Assembly: GCA_040768245.1 (NCBI GenBank)
Contig: JAXGNA010000008.1
Coordinates: forward strand, 1,812 to 65,811
Reading direction: 5' to 3'
DNA: 64,000 bases
DNA from: Methanomassiliicoccales archaeon
GTDB lineage: Archaea > Thermoplasmatota > Thermoplasmata > Methanomassiliicoccales > UBA472
Made by a program: the position numbers and the translations under genes. Shown piece after piece: positions 1 through 9,008 of the stretch. Positions within the stretch are counted from its first letter, which is position 1. Each line of letters begins with the position of its first letter. The notes beneath the pieces are model-generated. The model was not told the DNA's origin and did no database searches. It saw only the letters and a list, made by a program, of their open reading frames with translations.

Positions 1-25
1 TAACGCAAACTGCCCTTGCGGCTGC

Positions 26-283
26 ATGGAGGGCGATCGCTTTCACAACATCTACCGGTTCCCGAACGATTACGGGGCATCGGTGGTCTCCAGCCCCAAG
101 AATGACGTGAGGAACAAGGGAGGCTACCGCATGATGCTCATCTATTACGATTCGCCGGCCCCGGAGCACATGTGGACCCTGGACGATGAGAACCCGGTGG
201 GAGACTCGATAATCGACTGCAAGGACTGGGATACGGTCCTGGAATACCTGAGGAAGCTCTTTTCGTTACCCAGGAGGGGCTGA
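26..283 (+). CDS. hypothetical small protein (85 aa)
   Basis: Intact ORF ending 7 nt before the DUF1638 gene on the same strand. Composition looks coding, but I recognise no motif. Confidence 0.35.
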   Translation: MEGDRFHNIYRFPNDYGASVVSSPKNDVRNKGGYRMMLIYYDSPAPEHMWTLDDENPVGDSIIDCKDWDTVLEYLRKLFSLPRRG

Positions 284-289
284 TCGCGC

Positions 290-940
290 ATGGATAACGG
301 CAATGGAAGACTGGCCATAATCGCCTGCGAGATACTGAAACCGGAACTGGAGAAGCTCACCGAGGGCTGGGACGACGTGGTGCACAAGGACTACCTGGAG
401 TTCGCCCTGCACATCGACGCCGAGAAGCTGAAGGCTACGGTCCAGGACAAGGTCAACGCCCTGGAGGGGCGGGTCGACGCGGTGTTCCTGGGGTACGCCA
501 TCTGCCAGTCCTTGTCCGGGATCACCAATCATCTCAAAGTGCCGACGGTGATGCTGGAAGGGGACGACTGCATCGCTGCCATACTCGGTCCGGTCGAGTA
601 CGCCCGGCAGAAGAGCCTGTGCGGGGGGACCTGGTTCAACACTCCTGGCTGGGCGTTGCGCGGCATCGACGGAGCGGTCAAAGAACTTCATCTGGACGCC
701 TTGGTGGACCAGGGCTACGAACCGAAATACTTCCTGGACATGCTGTTCGAGAACTACGAGCTGTGCGTTTACGTGGACACGAACGTGGGGGATTCCGAGC
801 ATTACGAGGACCTGAGCCGCAAGTTCGCGGACGAGCTCGGACTGCGTCACGAGAACCGGCCATGCGGAACGAACAACCTGTCCAGATTCCTGAACCGGGC
901 CAGGGAGCTAGCCCGGACCAGGGCGGAAAAGGCTCAATAA
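290..940 (+). CDS. DUF1638 domain protein
   Basis: 216 aa. The layout 'LAIIACEILKPELE ... FLGYAICQS ... GDDCIAAILGPVEY' fits the DUF1638 (PF07796) family, which sits near methyltransferase/corrinoid genes in methanogens. Confidence 0.65.
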   Translation: MDNGNGRLAIIACEILKPELEKLTEGWDDVVHKDYLEFALHIDAEKLKATVQDKVNALEGRVDAVFLGYAICQSLSGITNHLKVPTVMLEGDDCIAAILGPVEYARQKSLCGGTWFNTPGWALRGIDGAVKELHLDALVDQGYEPKYFLDMLFENYELCVYVDTNVGDSEHYEDLSRKFADELGLRHENRPCGTNNLSRFLNRARELARTRAEKAQ

Positions 941-980
941 TCCTTTTGAACCAGTAAGCCCTTCCTGGCCACTGGAAACG

Positions 981-2102
981 ATGAACGATGACTTCAAGGT
1001 CACCCCCTGGGAGGTAACCGGGGAGATCGATTACGACCAGCTCATAACCCGCTTCGGGACCAAGAAGATGGACCAGGAGCTCATAGACCGCCTGGCAGGT
1101 TACGGCGAGCTGCATCCGATGCTCCGCCGCGGCGTGGTCTATTCCCACCGGGACTTCGATTGGCTCCTCGATCAGTACGATAAGGGCAACCGCTTCTTCC
1201 TCTACACCGGACGGGGACCGTCCGGGGGAACGCATCTAGGCCATCTGATGCCTTGGATGTTCAACCGCTACCTGCAGGACCTGTTCAAGGTCAACATGTA
1301 CTTCCAGCTCACCGACGACGAGAAGTACCTGTTCAACGAGAACCTCAGCCTGGAGGATACGAAGAAGGCCGCCTACGAGAACGTCCTGGACTTCATCGCC
1401 CTTGGTTTCGAGCCGGAGAACACCAAGGTCATCCTAGACACCGATAACATCAAACTGCTATACCCGCTCGCTTTGAGGGTGGCCAAGCGGGTCACGTTCT
1501 CCACGGCCAAGGCCGTCTTCGGCTTCGAGAACAGCCATAACATCGGGCAGATATTCTATACCAGCATCCAGGCCGCGCCGTGCTTCATCGAGGACGCGCT
1601 GTACGGAAGGAAGACCCCCTGCCTCATCCCGTGTGGCATAGATCAGGACGCCCATTTCCGCGTCGCTCGGGACGTGGCGCCTTTGCTGGGATATCCCAAA
1701 CCAGCTCTCATCTACAACAAGATGTTCCCAGGCCTGACCGGCAATGACAAGATGTCCTCCTCCCAGCCGCAGACCACCATCTTCACCACCGACAAGCCCA
1801 AGGATGTCAAGAAGAAGATCGGCAACGCCTTCACCGGCGGCCAGGTGTCGGTCGAGGAGCAGCGCAAGCTCGGTGGCCGTCCGGAGGTCTGCTCGGTCTT
1901 CAAGTACCAGTACTACCTCTTCGAGAAGGACGACAAGGCCTTGGACGATCTGACCGAAAGATGTCGCAAGGGAGAGATTCTATGCGGAGAGTGCAAGCAG
2001 TTGCTGACCAAGAGGATAAACGAGTTCCTCGAGGAGCACCAGAGGAAGAGGGAGGAGGCCAAGGAGCGCCTCCACGAGTTCCTGATCCCCGATACCTGCT
2101 GA
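981..2102 (+). CDS. trpS: tryptophanyl-tRNA synthetase (archaeal/eukaryotic type)
   Basis: 373 aa. Class I HIGH-type motif 'GGTHLGHL' and KMSKS-type 'KMSSS'. The N-terminal 'VTPWEVTGEIDYDQLITRFGT' is characteristic of archaeal TrpRS. Confidence 0.9.
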   Translation: MNDDFKVTPWEVTGEIDYDQLITRFGTKKMDQELIDRLAGYGELHPMLRRGVVYSHRDFDWLLDQYDKGNRFFLYTGRGPSGGTHLGHLMPWMFNRYLQDLFKVNMYFQLTDDEKYLFNENLSLEDTKKAAYENVLDFIALGFEPENTKVILDTDNIKLLYPLALRVAKRVTFSTAKAVFGFENSHNIGQIFYTSIQAAPCFIEDALYGRKTPCLIPCGIDQDAHFRVARDVAPLLGYPKPALIYNKMFPGLTGNDKMSSSQPQTTIFTTDKPKDVKKKIGNAFTGGQVSVEEQRKLGGRPEVCSVFKYQYYLFEKDDKALDDLTERCRKGEILCGECKQLLTKRINEFLEEHQRKREEAKERLHEFLIPDTC

Positions 2103-2116
2103 CCCCCATCGGCAAA

Positions 2117-2512
2117 GTGATCTCGGTCGAGGGGGACGTCTCGGAGATCGAGGTGTTCCCAGAATACTCCGAAGGACTGCATCGCATTGAGCTGCTGTCC
2201 GAGCTGGACATCCTTTTCATCTTCGACCGCAGCGAGGGATATGACCTCAAGGTCCATCCAAAAGGTGATCCAGCGATACCTTTGACCGGCCTCTTCGGAA
2301 CGCGCAGCCCGCGACGCCCCAGTCCCATCGGGCTCACCCGGGTGAAGCTGCTGGAAAGGAAGGACAACCTTCTGAAGGTCAAGGGACTGGACGCATTTGT
2401 GGACACCCCGGTGGCGGACATCAAGGGGGTCATGGGGAAAGGCTTCTCCTGGGACCCAGAGGAGATGAGGAGGATGGCCCGTCGAAGGTCCGTTCAACGA
2501 GCCCATAAGTAA
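2117..2512 (+). CDS. TsaA/TrmO-like tRNA methyltransferase domain protein (UPF0066/YaeB family); start uncertain
   Basis: 'PIGKVISVEGD..IEVFPEYSEGLHRIE..S.LDILFIFD......VHPKGD......GLFGTRSPRRPSPIGLTRVKLLE' matches the TsaA N-terminal fold. The first canonical in-frame start near the domain is GTG 2117. The conserved 'LLTPIGK' strand begins at ~2096, across the trpS stop. The track's ATG at 1961 would overlap trpS by 142 nt. Confidence 0.7.
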   Translation: MISVEGDVSEIEVFPEYSEGLHRIELLSELDILFIFDRSEGYDLKVHPKGDPAIPLTGLFGTRSPRRPSPIGLTRVKLLERKDNLLKVKGLDAFVDTPVADIKGVMGKGFSWDPEEMRRMARRRSVQRAHK

Positions 2513-2541
2513 CTTATATCGATGACCAAATCTCCCAGGAC

Positions 2542-4062
2542 ATGAACGCCACCGAGGTGTTGGAAGGTCTCAGCCATTCCGAGAAGAAGGTCCTGGTGGC
2601 CCTGCAGAAGCTTGAGGGCAGGGCGTCGCCGGAGAAGGTCTTCGAGGCGGGGGACTTCCAGCAGCTGGTGGAAGTGATGAACGCCGCTTCATGGCTGCAG
2701 TCCAAGGGGGCGGTGGAGATCGAGGAGAGCGCTCGCAAGGCCTACGCGCTGAGGGACCGCTCGCTTTTGGAGAAGGGCGTGCCGGAGAGACGGGCCATCG
2801 TCCTGATCGGGGAGAAGGGCGGCTCGCTGGGCGTCAAGGACCTGGAGGCGTCCATGGGCAAGGAGGAATCCTCCATGGCCATCGGCTGGCTGATGAAGAA
2901 GCGATTGGCCCGCCTTGACAAGTCCGGGGCGGAGCCGATGCTGCACCTCAGCGACGATGGGCGAGCGAACCTTAGCAGAGAGATGCCGGACGAGACGTTG
3001 TTGAAGAAGTTCGGAGAAGGCGACATCTTCGAGGACCAGGCGGACAGGGCCGCCCTGGACCTGTTGAAGGCGAGGAAGGGTGTCCTGCAGGACAAGCTGA
3101 TCGTGTCCAGGGTCCTCCGCCTGAACCGCCTGGGCAATGAGATCGTGGCCCTGGGCGTAGAGATCACCGACGAGGTGGCCCAGCTTACGCCCGAGCTTCT
3201 GCAGACCGGTAAGTGGAAGGGGGCTTCCTTCCGCAAGTACGACATCCGTACCTTCGCCCCCTGCCAATATCCGGCGAAGAAGCATCCCATCACCAGGATT
3301 GCGGATGAAGTGCGACGCATATTCATCGAGATGGGTTTCAACGAGATCGATGACGAGTACGTTCAATCGGCGTTCTGGAACATGGATGCGCTTTTCACTC
3401 CACAGGACCATCCCGCCCGGGAGCTGCAGGACACCTTCTATCTGAAGAGCCCGAGCAGGCTGCCCCTGGAGGACGAGGAGATCGTTCAGAAGGTGAAGGC
3501 GGTCCATGAGAACGGCGGTGATACTGGTTCCCTAGGATGGCGCTACGCCTGGTGCCGCGAGGAGGCGGAGAGGGCGTTGCTGCGAACGCACACCACGGTC
3601 AATACCATAAAGTACCTGGCCAAGCACCCCGACCCGCCGGCCAAGGTGTTCTGCATTTCCCGCGTATTCCGCAACGAGAGCATCGACATGACCCACCTCC
3701 CGGAGTTCCAGCAGATAGAGGGGATCATCATGGAGGAGGGGGCGAACTTCGATATGCTGGTCTGCACCCTGAAGGACTTCTATCACCGCATGGGCTTCGA
3801 TAAGGTGCGCGTGAGGCCGGGGCCCTTCCCATATACCGAACCGTCATTGGAGGTGGACGTCTTCTACAACGGCTCCTGGATGGAGCTGGGAGGAGCGGGC
3901 GTCTTCAGGCCGGAGGTGACCGGTCCGCTGGGCATAAAGCACCCCGTGCTGGCCTGGGGATTGGGCTTCGAGAGACTGGCGATGCTGAAATGGAACCTTA
4001 GGGACGTCAGAGAGCTTTACGTCACCGACCTGGACATGCTCAGGCAGAACCCTATCTTCTGA
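2542..4062 (+). CDS. pheS: phenylalanyl-tRNA synthetase alpha subunit
   Basis: 506 aa. Class II motifs 'FRNESIDMTHLPEFQQIEG', 'GAGVFRPEV' and 'AWGLGFERLAM'. It has the long N-terminal wHTH-type extension seen in archaeal PheRS-alpha. Confidence 0.92.
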   Translation: MNATEVLEGLSHSEKKVLVALQKLEGRASPEKVFEAGDFQQLVEVMNAASWLQSKGAVEIEESARKAYALRDRSLLEKGVPERRAIVLIGEKGGSLGVKDLEASMGKEESSMAIGWLMKKRLARLDKSGAEPMLHLSDDGRANLSREMPDETLLKKFGEGDIFEDQADRAALDLLKARKGVLQDKLIVSRVLRLNRLGNEIVALGVEITDEVAQLTPELLQTGKWKGASFRKYDIRTFAPCQYPAKKHPITRIADEVRRIFIEMGFNEIDDEYVQSAFWNMDALFTPQDHPARELQDTFYLKSPSRLPLEDEEIVQKVKAVHENGGDTGSLGWRYAWCREEAERALLRTHTTVNTIKYLAKHPDPPAKVFCISRVFRNESIDMTHLPEFQQIEGIIMEEGANFDMLVCTLKDFYHRMGFDKVRVRPGPFPYTEPSLEVDVFYNGSWMELGGAGVFRPEVTGPLGIKHPVLAWGLGFERLAMLKWNLRDVRELYVTDLDMLRQNPIF

Positions 4063-5308
4063 GCGCCTTGCGGGAGTACTCGCGGGCCTTGTCCTCCATT
4101 CCCAGTTTCTCGTAGCAGGCTGACATGGCCTTATAGATCTCACGCTTATCGCCCGGTCTCGCTAGACCAAGTGCCTTGCTGAAGTTGGCAATGGCCTCCT
4201 GGGAGCGGCCGATGGAGGCCAGCACCTGCCCTTTGCGGTGGTACACCTCTTCCAGCACGTCCGGGTCCTCTATACCGCCCCGACGGCCGATCGACTCGAC
4301 CAGATGCAGGGCTTCGTCCTTTTTCCCCAGCATCCCGTAGCATTGGGCGATATCGCAGTCCAGGAGCGGGGAGGGCTTGGTCCGCTTGACCTCGGCCAGA
4401 TCGTCCAGTGCCGCCTGGGCCTTGCCTTCTAGAAGGAGCATTCGGCCTTTGAGCTCCAGACCGTCCATGGCCTCGTCCGCATCGCCGGAAAGCATCATCT
4501 CCTGCGCCACCAGGTTACCGAACTTGATGTCCGCGTTAAGCAACGCGGCCTGCCCCTTTATCCGGCGGACCTCCCGGGCGTAACGGGGCAGCACCTCGCC
4601 CATTTCCTTCAATGAGGTCAACAGGTCGGGTCCGGCGACCCGGGCCAACTGCCATCCCCGGTTGGACAGAAGCATCTGGGCCTCCAACGTTCGATTGGCG
4701 AGCAGCAGATGGTGAAGTCGCTCCACATAATCCCCTTCTTTCAGCCAGTAGTCGGCGGCGAAGCTGTGCGCCTCCCGCAAAGCGTTCTTGTCCAGCAGGG
4801 CGGGGATGGATGTTCTTAGCGATCCTGGCATTTCGGTCATCCCCTCCTTGTCCTCCGGGAGCAGGCTCACCGTGGTCTGCGGAAGAGCGGCCCTTTTGAA
4901 AGGCCGGCGGAACACCGCGGCCTTGGCCATCAATGACCTGGAGTCGGGATTTAGCTGCGCCCAAAGGTCCTCGGCCTTGCATTTCTTGAGGTCCAGCAGA
5001 GGCGAGATCTCGATGCCTTGGCGGCTGGCGAAGTCCTTGAGGTTCCTGGCCTTGGTCTCGCCGGCCTCGGTCAGGAAGTACACCTTGCGTTTGACCGGGC
5101 CGGCCCGGATGTGAGCTATGCGCTCGCTGACCGTTCCGACCTCCTTCAGCTTCTTGAGCTCTATGGCGGCGTGGGCGCGGGAGATGCGCAGAGCCTCCCC
5201 GATCCCATCTTGGCTCACCTCGAAGGGAGCGTCAAAATCGTTCAGGTGCTTAGAGTACTGGGCCAGATGCAGCACGATCCTTTCCCCTACCGTGATGGGC
5301 GTAGCCAT
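4052..5308 (-). CDS. winged-helix plus TPR-repeat protein (putative regulator)
   Basis: 418 aa. N-terminal wHTH-like region 'QDGIGEALRISRAHAAIELKKLKEVGTV...KRKVYFLTEAG'. The C-terminal half has TPR-like repeats ('YHRKGQVLASIGRSQEAIANFSKAL', 'YKAMSACYEKLGMEDKAREYSRKAL'). It overlaps pheS convergently by 11 nt. Confidence 0.55.
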   Translation of the reverse strand: MATPITVGERIVLHLAQYSKHLNDFDAPFEVSQDGIGEALRISRAHAAIELKKLKEVGTVSERIAHIRAGPVKRKVYFLTEAGETKARNLKDFASRQGIEISPLLDLKKCKAEDLWAQLNPDSRSLMAKAAVFRRPFKRAALPQTTVSLLPEDKEGMTEMPGSLRTSIPALLDKNALREAHSFAADYWLKEGDYVERLHHLLLANRTLEAQMLLSNRGWQLARVAGPDLLTSLKEMGEVLPRYAREVRRIKGQAALLNADIKFGNLVAQEMMLSGDADEAMDGLELKGRMLLLEGKAQAALDDLAEVKRTKPSPLLDCDIAQCYGMLGKKDEALHLVESIGRRGGIEDPDVLEEVYHRKGQVLASIGRSQEAIANFSKALGLARPGDKREIYKAMSACYEKLGMEDKAREYSRKALRR

Positions 5309-5438
5309 GTCAATCCGGACATCGAAGGGGTGGGGACATTAAACTGCATACGGTTACATGTAGCGTTTTTGATAATCAGGGATCGCCGTCCATGCATTTT
5401 CCGCAACCGTAATATCCCCTGAACCGGTTGGCGGTCCC

Positions 5439-6308
5439 ATGCGTCTGCTTGTGGCGAGCCTCCCTGACCCAGCGAGCGTGAACCTTCGCGATCGCCTTCT
5501 GGAGGCGGCCGGGTGGTCCGAGGAAGGGGAATACCAAGGACGAAGGTGTTTCTGGTTGCGCGACATGCTGATGATCTCCGAGGACCAGCTTCACCTGCAT
5601 CTAGATCATGTCGACCGGACGATAGGGGAGACGCTCGGTGTCCAGATCGATGAGGTCGTCTTCCTCTCCAAGCACCGTGCCGCATCCGGGAAACCTACCT
5701 TGACCGTACATCCTATCGGCAACTTCGGAAAGGCCGATTACGGCGGCCGGGAAGGAGCGCTCGTTCCTGCCTCCCCATCATTCCTGAGCGGGTTGCTCAG
5801 GACGCTTGCATCAACCGCCAGAGGATTGCCGTTCGAGGTCTCTTACGAGGTGACCCACCATGGACCTTACCTGGAGGTCCCGACCACTTACGTGGAGATA
5901 GGCAGCGACGAGACCAAGTGGGGGAACCTGGAGGCGGCCAAGGCGATGGCGGAGGCCCTGCTGAGCTGGGCTCCGGCCGATGGGCCCACGGTGGTCGGCA
6001 TCGGTGGAGGGCATTACGCCCCTCGCTTCACCGAGGTCACCTTGGCCAAGAGAGTTTGTTTCGGCCATATGGTGGCCAAGCACGTTCTGGACGGAAGAAC
6101 GGACCAGGAGGTCCTGGATATCGTGCAGAAGGCCATGATGGCCTCGGGGACCAGGTCCGCGTACGTTCATAAGAAATCGTTCTCGCGACCGGAGGCAAGA
6201 CGCCTCAGCGACCTGCTGACAGCGGCAGGGTACCAAGTGCTGGAGGGTAGTGACCTGGAGGACCTTCAGAGCCTGCCGCGCTCCCTTTCGTCGGAGAGCA
6301 CCGCGTAA
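5439..6308 (+). CDS. dtdA: D-aminoacyl-tRNA deacylase, archaeal DTD2 type
   Basis: 289 aa. 'TLTVHPIGNFGKADYGG' and 'EVTHHGPYLEVPTTYVEIGSDE' match the tRNA_deacylase (PF04414) family. Confidence 0.82.
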   Translation: MRLLVASLPDPASVNLRDRLLEAAGWSEEGEYQGRRCFWLRDMLMISEDQLHLHLDHVDRTIGETLGVQIDEVVFLSKHRAASGKPTLTVHPIGNFGKADYGGREGALVPASPSFLSGLLRTLASTARGLPFEVSYEVTHHGPYLEVPTTYVEIGSDETKWGNLEAAKAMAEALLSWAPADGPTVVGIGGGHYAPRFTEVTLAKRVCFGHMVAKHVLDGRTDQEVLDIVQKAMMASGTRSAYVHKKSFSRPEARRLSDLLTAAGYQVLEGSDLEDLQSLPRSLSSESTA

Positions 6309-6907
6309 CCGCAGTTGGGGCAGGCCTTCCAGCCTGGCCTGAGCTCCTCCCCGCAGGAAGGGCAGGTCGGTGCCTTTACCGAGCTCTCGGGAGGCTTCCA
6401 TTCCTTTCTTCCCGAAGGCTGGCCGCTCCTTTCCGACAGGGCGCTGAACCCGGTGCTGGCCGGTTTCCGGCGGTGCCCGGACATCAGGTGTATCAGCAGG
6501 GACCCGGACATGAGCAGTATGGCGCCGATCACATCGGTGAAGGCCCCGGCCCCGTAGAGGGCGTCCGATCCCTGGTAGTCCCGGCGGACCAGCAGGAACG
6601 TCGCTATGACCAGCAGAGCCCCGGCCATGGAGATGAGCGCCTGCAGCAGGGGCAGCCGGTTCAACGGCTTCCGGGAAATGAAGACCTTGAGCAGGATGAG
6701 GGAGGTCAGGAACACCAGCAGGCCCCCGACCGCCGAGGCCGCCGGGAGCGTTGAGTAGACCACATCAGAGCTGAGAAGGTCCAGGAAGTTGAGCTGCTCT
6801 GCCCCGGAGACGACCCAAGGAAGCAGGGAGGAGACCACCATGAGCATCCCGCCGATGATGGCGAAGACCCCGCCGGCCAGGATGGCGTCGTGCTGGACCT
6901 GGGGCAT
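6266..6907 (-). CDS. membrane protein with C-terminal zinc ribbon
   Basis: 213 aa with about 4 hydrophobic helices, then 'CPSCGEELRPGWKACPNCGY'. It overlaps dtdA convergently by 43 nt. Confidence 0.5.
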   Translation of the reverse strand: MPQVQHDAILAGGVFAIIGGMLMVVSSLLPWVVSGAEQLNFLDLLSSDVVYSTLPAASAVGGLLVFLTSLILLKVFISRKPLNRLPLLQALISMAGALLVIATFLLVRRDYQGSDALYGAGAFTDVIGAILLMSGSLLIHLMSGHRRKPASTGFSALSERSGQPSGRKEWKPPESSVKAPTCPSCGEELRPGWKACPNCGYAVLSDERERGRL

Positions 6908-7013
6908 CTGGGCCTGAGGCTTGGTCCGGGGAGGCGCAGGAGGAGCCTTCCTATCGGCCTTTCTAGGAGCACGCTTCTCCTTCCCTTCCCTGACCTCTCC
7001 CCGGGAGAACAGG

Positions 7014-7703
7014 CTAATCTGAAACCACCGTCCCTTTGATGGGCTTGCCCTCGATGGCCGCCCTCATCTCGTCCAGGTCACGACCGTCCACGATGCATAT
7101 GTCGATGTGGCTGTCCCTAGCGATCTGCGCCCCCAGCCGATCGAAGACATTGGAAGGCCCGGCCCCGTGCAGACCGACGTTCACCAGCTCGTACAGCTGC
7201 TGATGGGTTATCTTTGACAGGCGTTCCGCCTTGGGGTCTTTGCGAGGGTCGGCGGTGTAGGCCGCGTCCACCGAGGTCCCGTTGATGATCCGGGCTGCCC
7301 TGACCTCCTTGGCCAGCATGGCGGATACCGCGTCGGTGGTGTGCCCTGGTACCGTCCCGCCCATGACCACCACCTTGCCCTTCCTCTCCAGCCGGTGCGC
7401 CTCCAGGATGTCGGTGGGCACCTTCCCGATGGTTTTGTCGCCTAGGGAGTACGCCACCAGGGTGGCGTTGATGCGGGTCGATAGGATCCCCATCTCGTCC
7501 AGGTCCGGCTCCGGGATCCTTAGGTTCCTTCCGACCTTGATGTAGTAGCGGGCGATCTTCCCGCCGCCGCAGACCAGGTATATCTGGTATCGGTCGCAGA
7601 GGGTTGAGATCATCTCAGAGAATCGCTTCAGGAACACGTCGTCGTTGTCATCTGGCACGATGACCGATCCACCGAGAGAGACCACTACCTTGTCCATTTG
7701 CAT
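7014..7703 (-). CDS. pyrH: uridylate (UMP) kinase, archaeal type
   Basis: 229 aa. 'VVSLGGSVI', 'VCGGGKIAR' and 'VVVMGGTVPGHTTD' fit the amino-acid-kinase fold at archaeal PyrH length. Confidence 0.88.
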   Translation of the reverse strand: MQMDKVVVSLGGSVIVPDDNDDVFLKRFSEMISTLCDRYQIYLVCGGGKIARYYIKVGRNLRIPEPDLDEMGILSTRINATLVAYSLGDKTIGKVPTDILEAHRLERKGKVVVMGGTVPGHTTDAVSAMLAKEVRAARIINGTSVDAAYTADPRKDPKAERLSKITHQQLYELVNVGLHGAGPSNVFDRLGAQIARDSHIDICIVDGRDLDEMRAAIEGKPIKGTVVSD

Positions 7704-7760
7704 ACCAACAGATATAAGTGAGAACCGTTTTCACCTAAAAAAAGGATAGGTCGTTGGATA

Positions 7761-9008
7761 ATGGAAGGAATAACCGGCGAGACCCTCTCCGATCGTCAGA
7801 AGTACGATTTCAAGAGGTCTCTGGAGGAGATCAAGGACCTGAAGGGTCGGGGCACCGAGCTCATCTCAGTTTACGTGCCCCCGAACAAGCAGATCTCCGA
7901 TGTCGCCGCCTACCTCCGCGAGGAGTTCTCCCAGTCCTCCAACATCAAGTCCCAGGGCACCAGGAAGAACGTGCAGGGCGCGATCCAATCCATCCTGGCC
8001 CGCCTGAAGTATTTCAAGGCACCACCGGCCAACGGGGTGATCTTCTTCGTCGGCGAGGTCTCGTCCACCGGCGACCAGACCAAGATGGTGCAGTACGTCC
8101 TGGAGCCTCCGGACCCCATCACCACTTTCCTTTACCGCTGCGATTCCGATTTCTATCTCGAGCCCCTGCTCGACATGCTGGTGGACAAGAAGGTCTATGG
8201 ACTGGTGGTCATAGATCGAAGCGAGGCGACCATCGGCATCCTGCGCGGAAAGCGTATCTCCGTGATACGGAACCTGCCTTCCCTGGTGCCGTCCAAGCAC
8301 CGAATGGGCGGACAGTCCGCCCAGCGTTTCGAGCGGCTTATCGAGATATCCGCCAATGAGTATTACAAGAAGGTCAGCGACATCATGACCGAGTCTTTCC
8401 TCAACCTGGAGGGGCTGCAGGGCGTACTGGTCGGCGGTCCTGGACCGTCCAAGGAGTTCTTTGTCAAGGAGGGTTACCTGCACCATGAGCTGGCCAAGAG
8501 GGTCATCGAGACCTTCGATACCGGGTACACGGACGAGTACGGGCTGAAGGAGCTGGTGGAGAAGGCCAAGGACAAGCTCTACGACCTGGACCTGATGAAG
8601 GAGAAGCGCTACATACAGCAGTTCCTCAATGAGGTCCGGAAGTCCGAGGGCGGCCTCTCCGTTTACGGCGAGGACCAGATCCGCCACGCCATAATGATCG
8701 GGGCGGTGGACGTTCTGCTGGTATCGGAAGGCCTTCGCAAGCGAAGGCTCACCTTGGACTGCCCGCAGTGCGGGACGCTGGAGCTCACTGTCGACAAGGG
8801 GCCGGATGGAACCAACATGACCTGCCCCAAGTGCGGGACGACCGGAACCGTCACCAAGGACGTGGACCTGGTGGACGACCTGTTCGACCAGGCCGGCCTG
8901 ATGGGCACCAAGGTCGAGCTCATCTCCCCGGAGTCGGAAGAGGGGGAGATGCTCCTGAAGGCCTTCGGGGGCATGGCCGGACTACTCAGATTCAGCATAG
9001 GTGTGTAA
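7761..9008 (+). CDS. prf1: peptide chain release factor aRF1
   Basis: 415 aa. NIKS motif ('SSNIKSQGT'), YxCxxxF ('YRCDSDFY') and GGQ ('MGGQSAQRF'). The C-domain has a Zn-ribbon insert 'CPQCG...CPKCG'. Confidence 0.95.
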   Translation: MEGITGETLSDRQKYDFKRSLEEIKDLKGRGTELISVYVPPNKQISDVAAYLREEFSQSSNIKSQGTRKNVQGAIQSILARLKYFKAPPANGVIFFVGEVSSTGDQTKMVQYVLEPPDPITTFLYRCDSDFYLEPLLDMLVDKKVYGLVVIDRSEATIGILRGKRISVIRNLPSLVPSKHRMGGQSAQRFERLIEISANEYYKKVSDIMTESFLNLEGLQGVLVGGPGPSKEFFVKEGYLHHELAKRVIETFDTGYTDEYGLKELVEKAKDKLYDLDLMKEKRYIQQFLNEVRKSEGGLSVYGEDQIRHAIMIGAVDVLLVSEGLRKRRLTLDCPQCGTLELTVDKGPDGTNMTCPKCGTTGTVTKDVDLVDDLFDQAGLMGTKVELISPESEEGEMLLKAFGGMAGLLRFSIGV

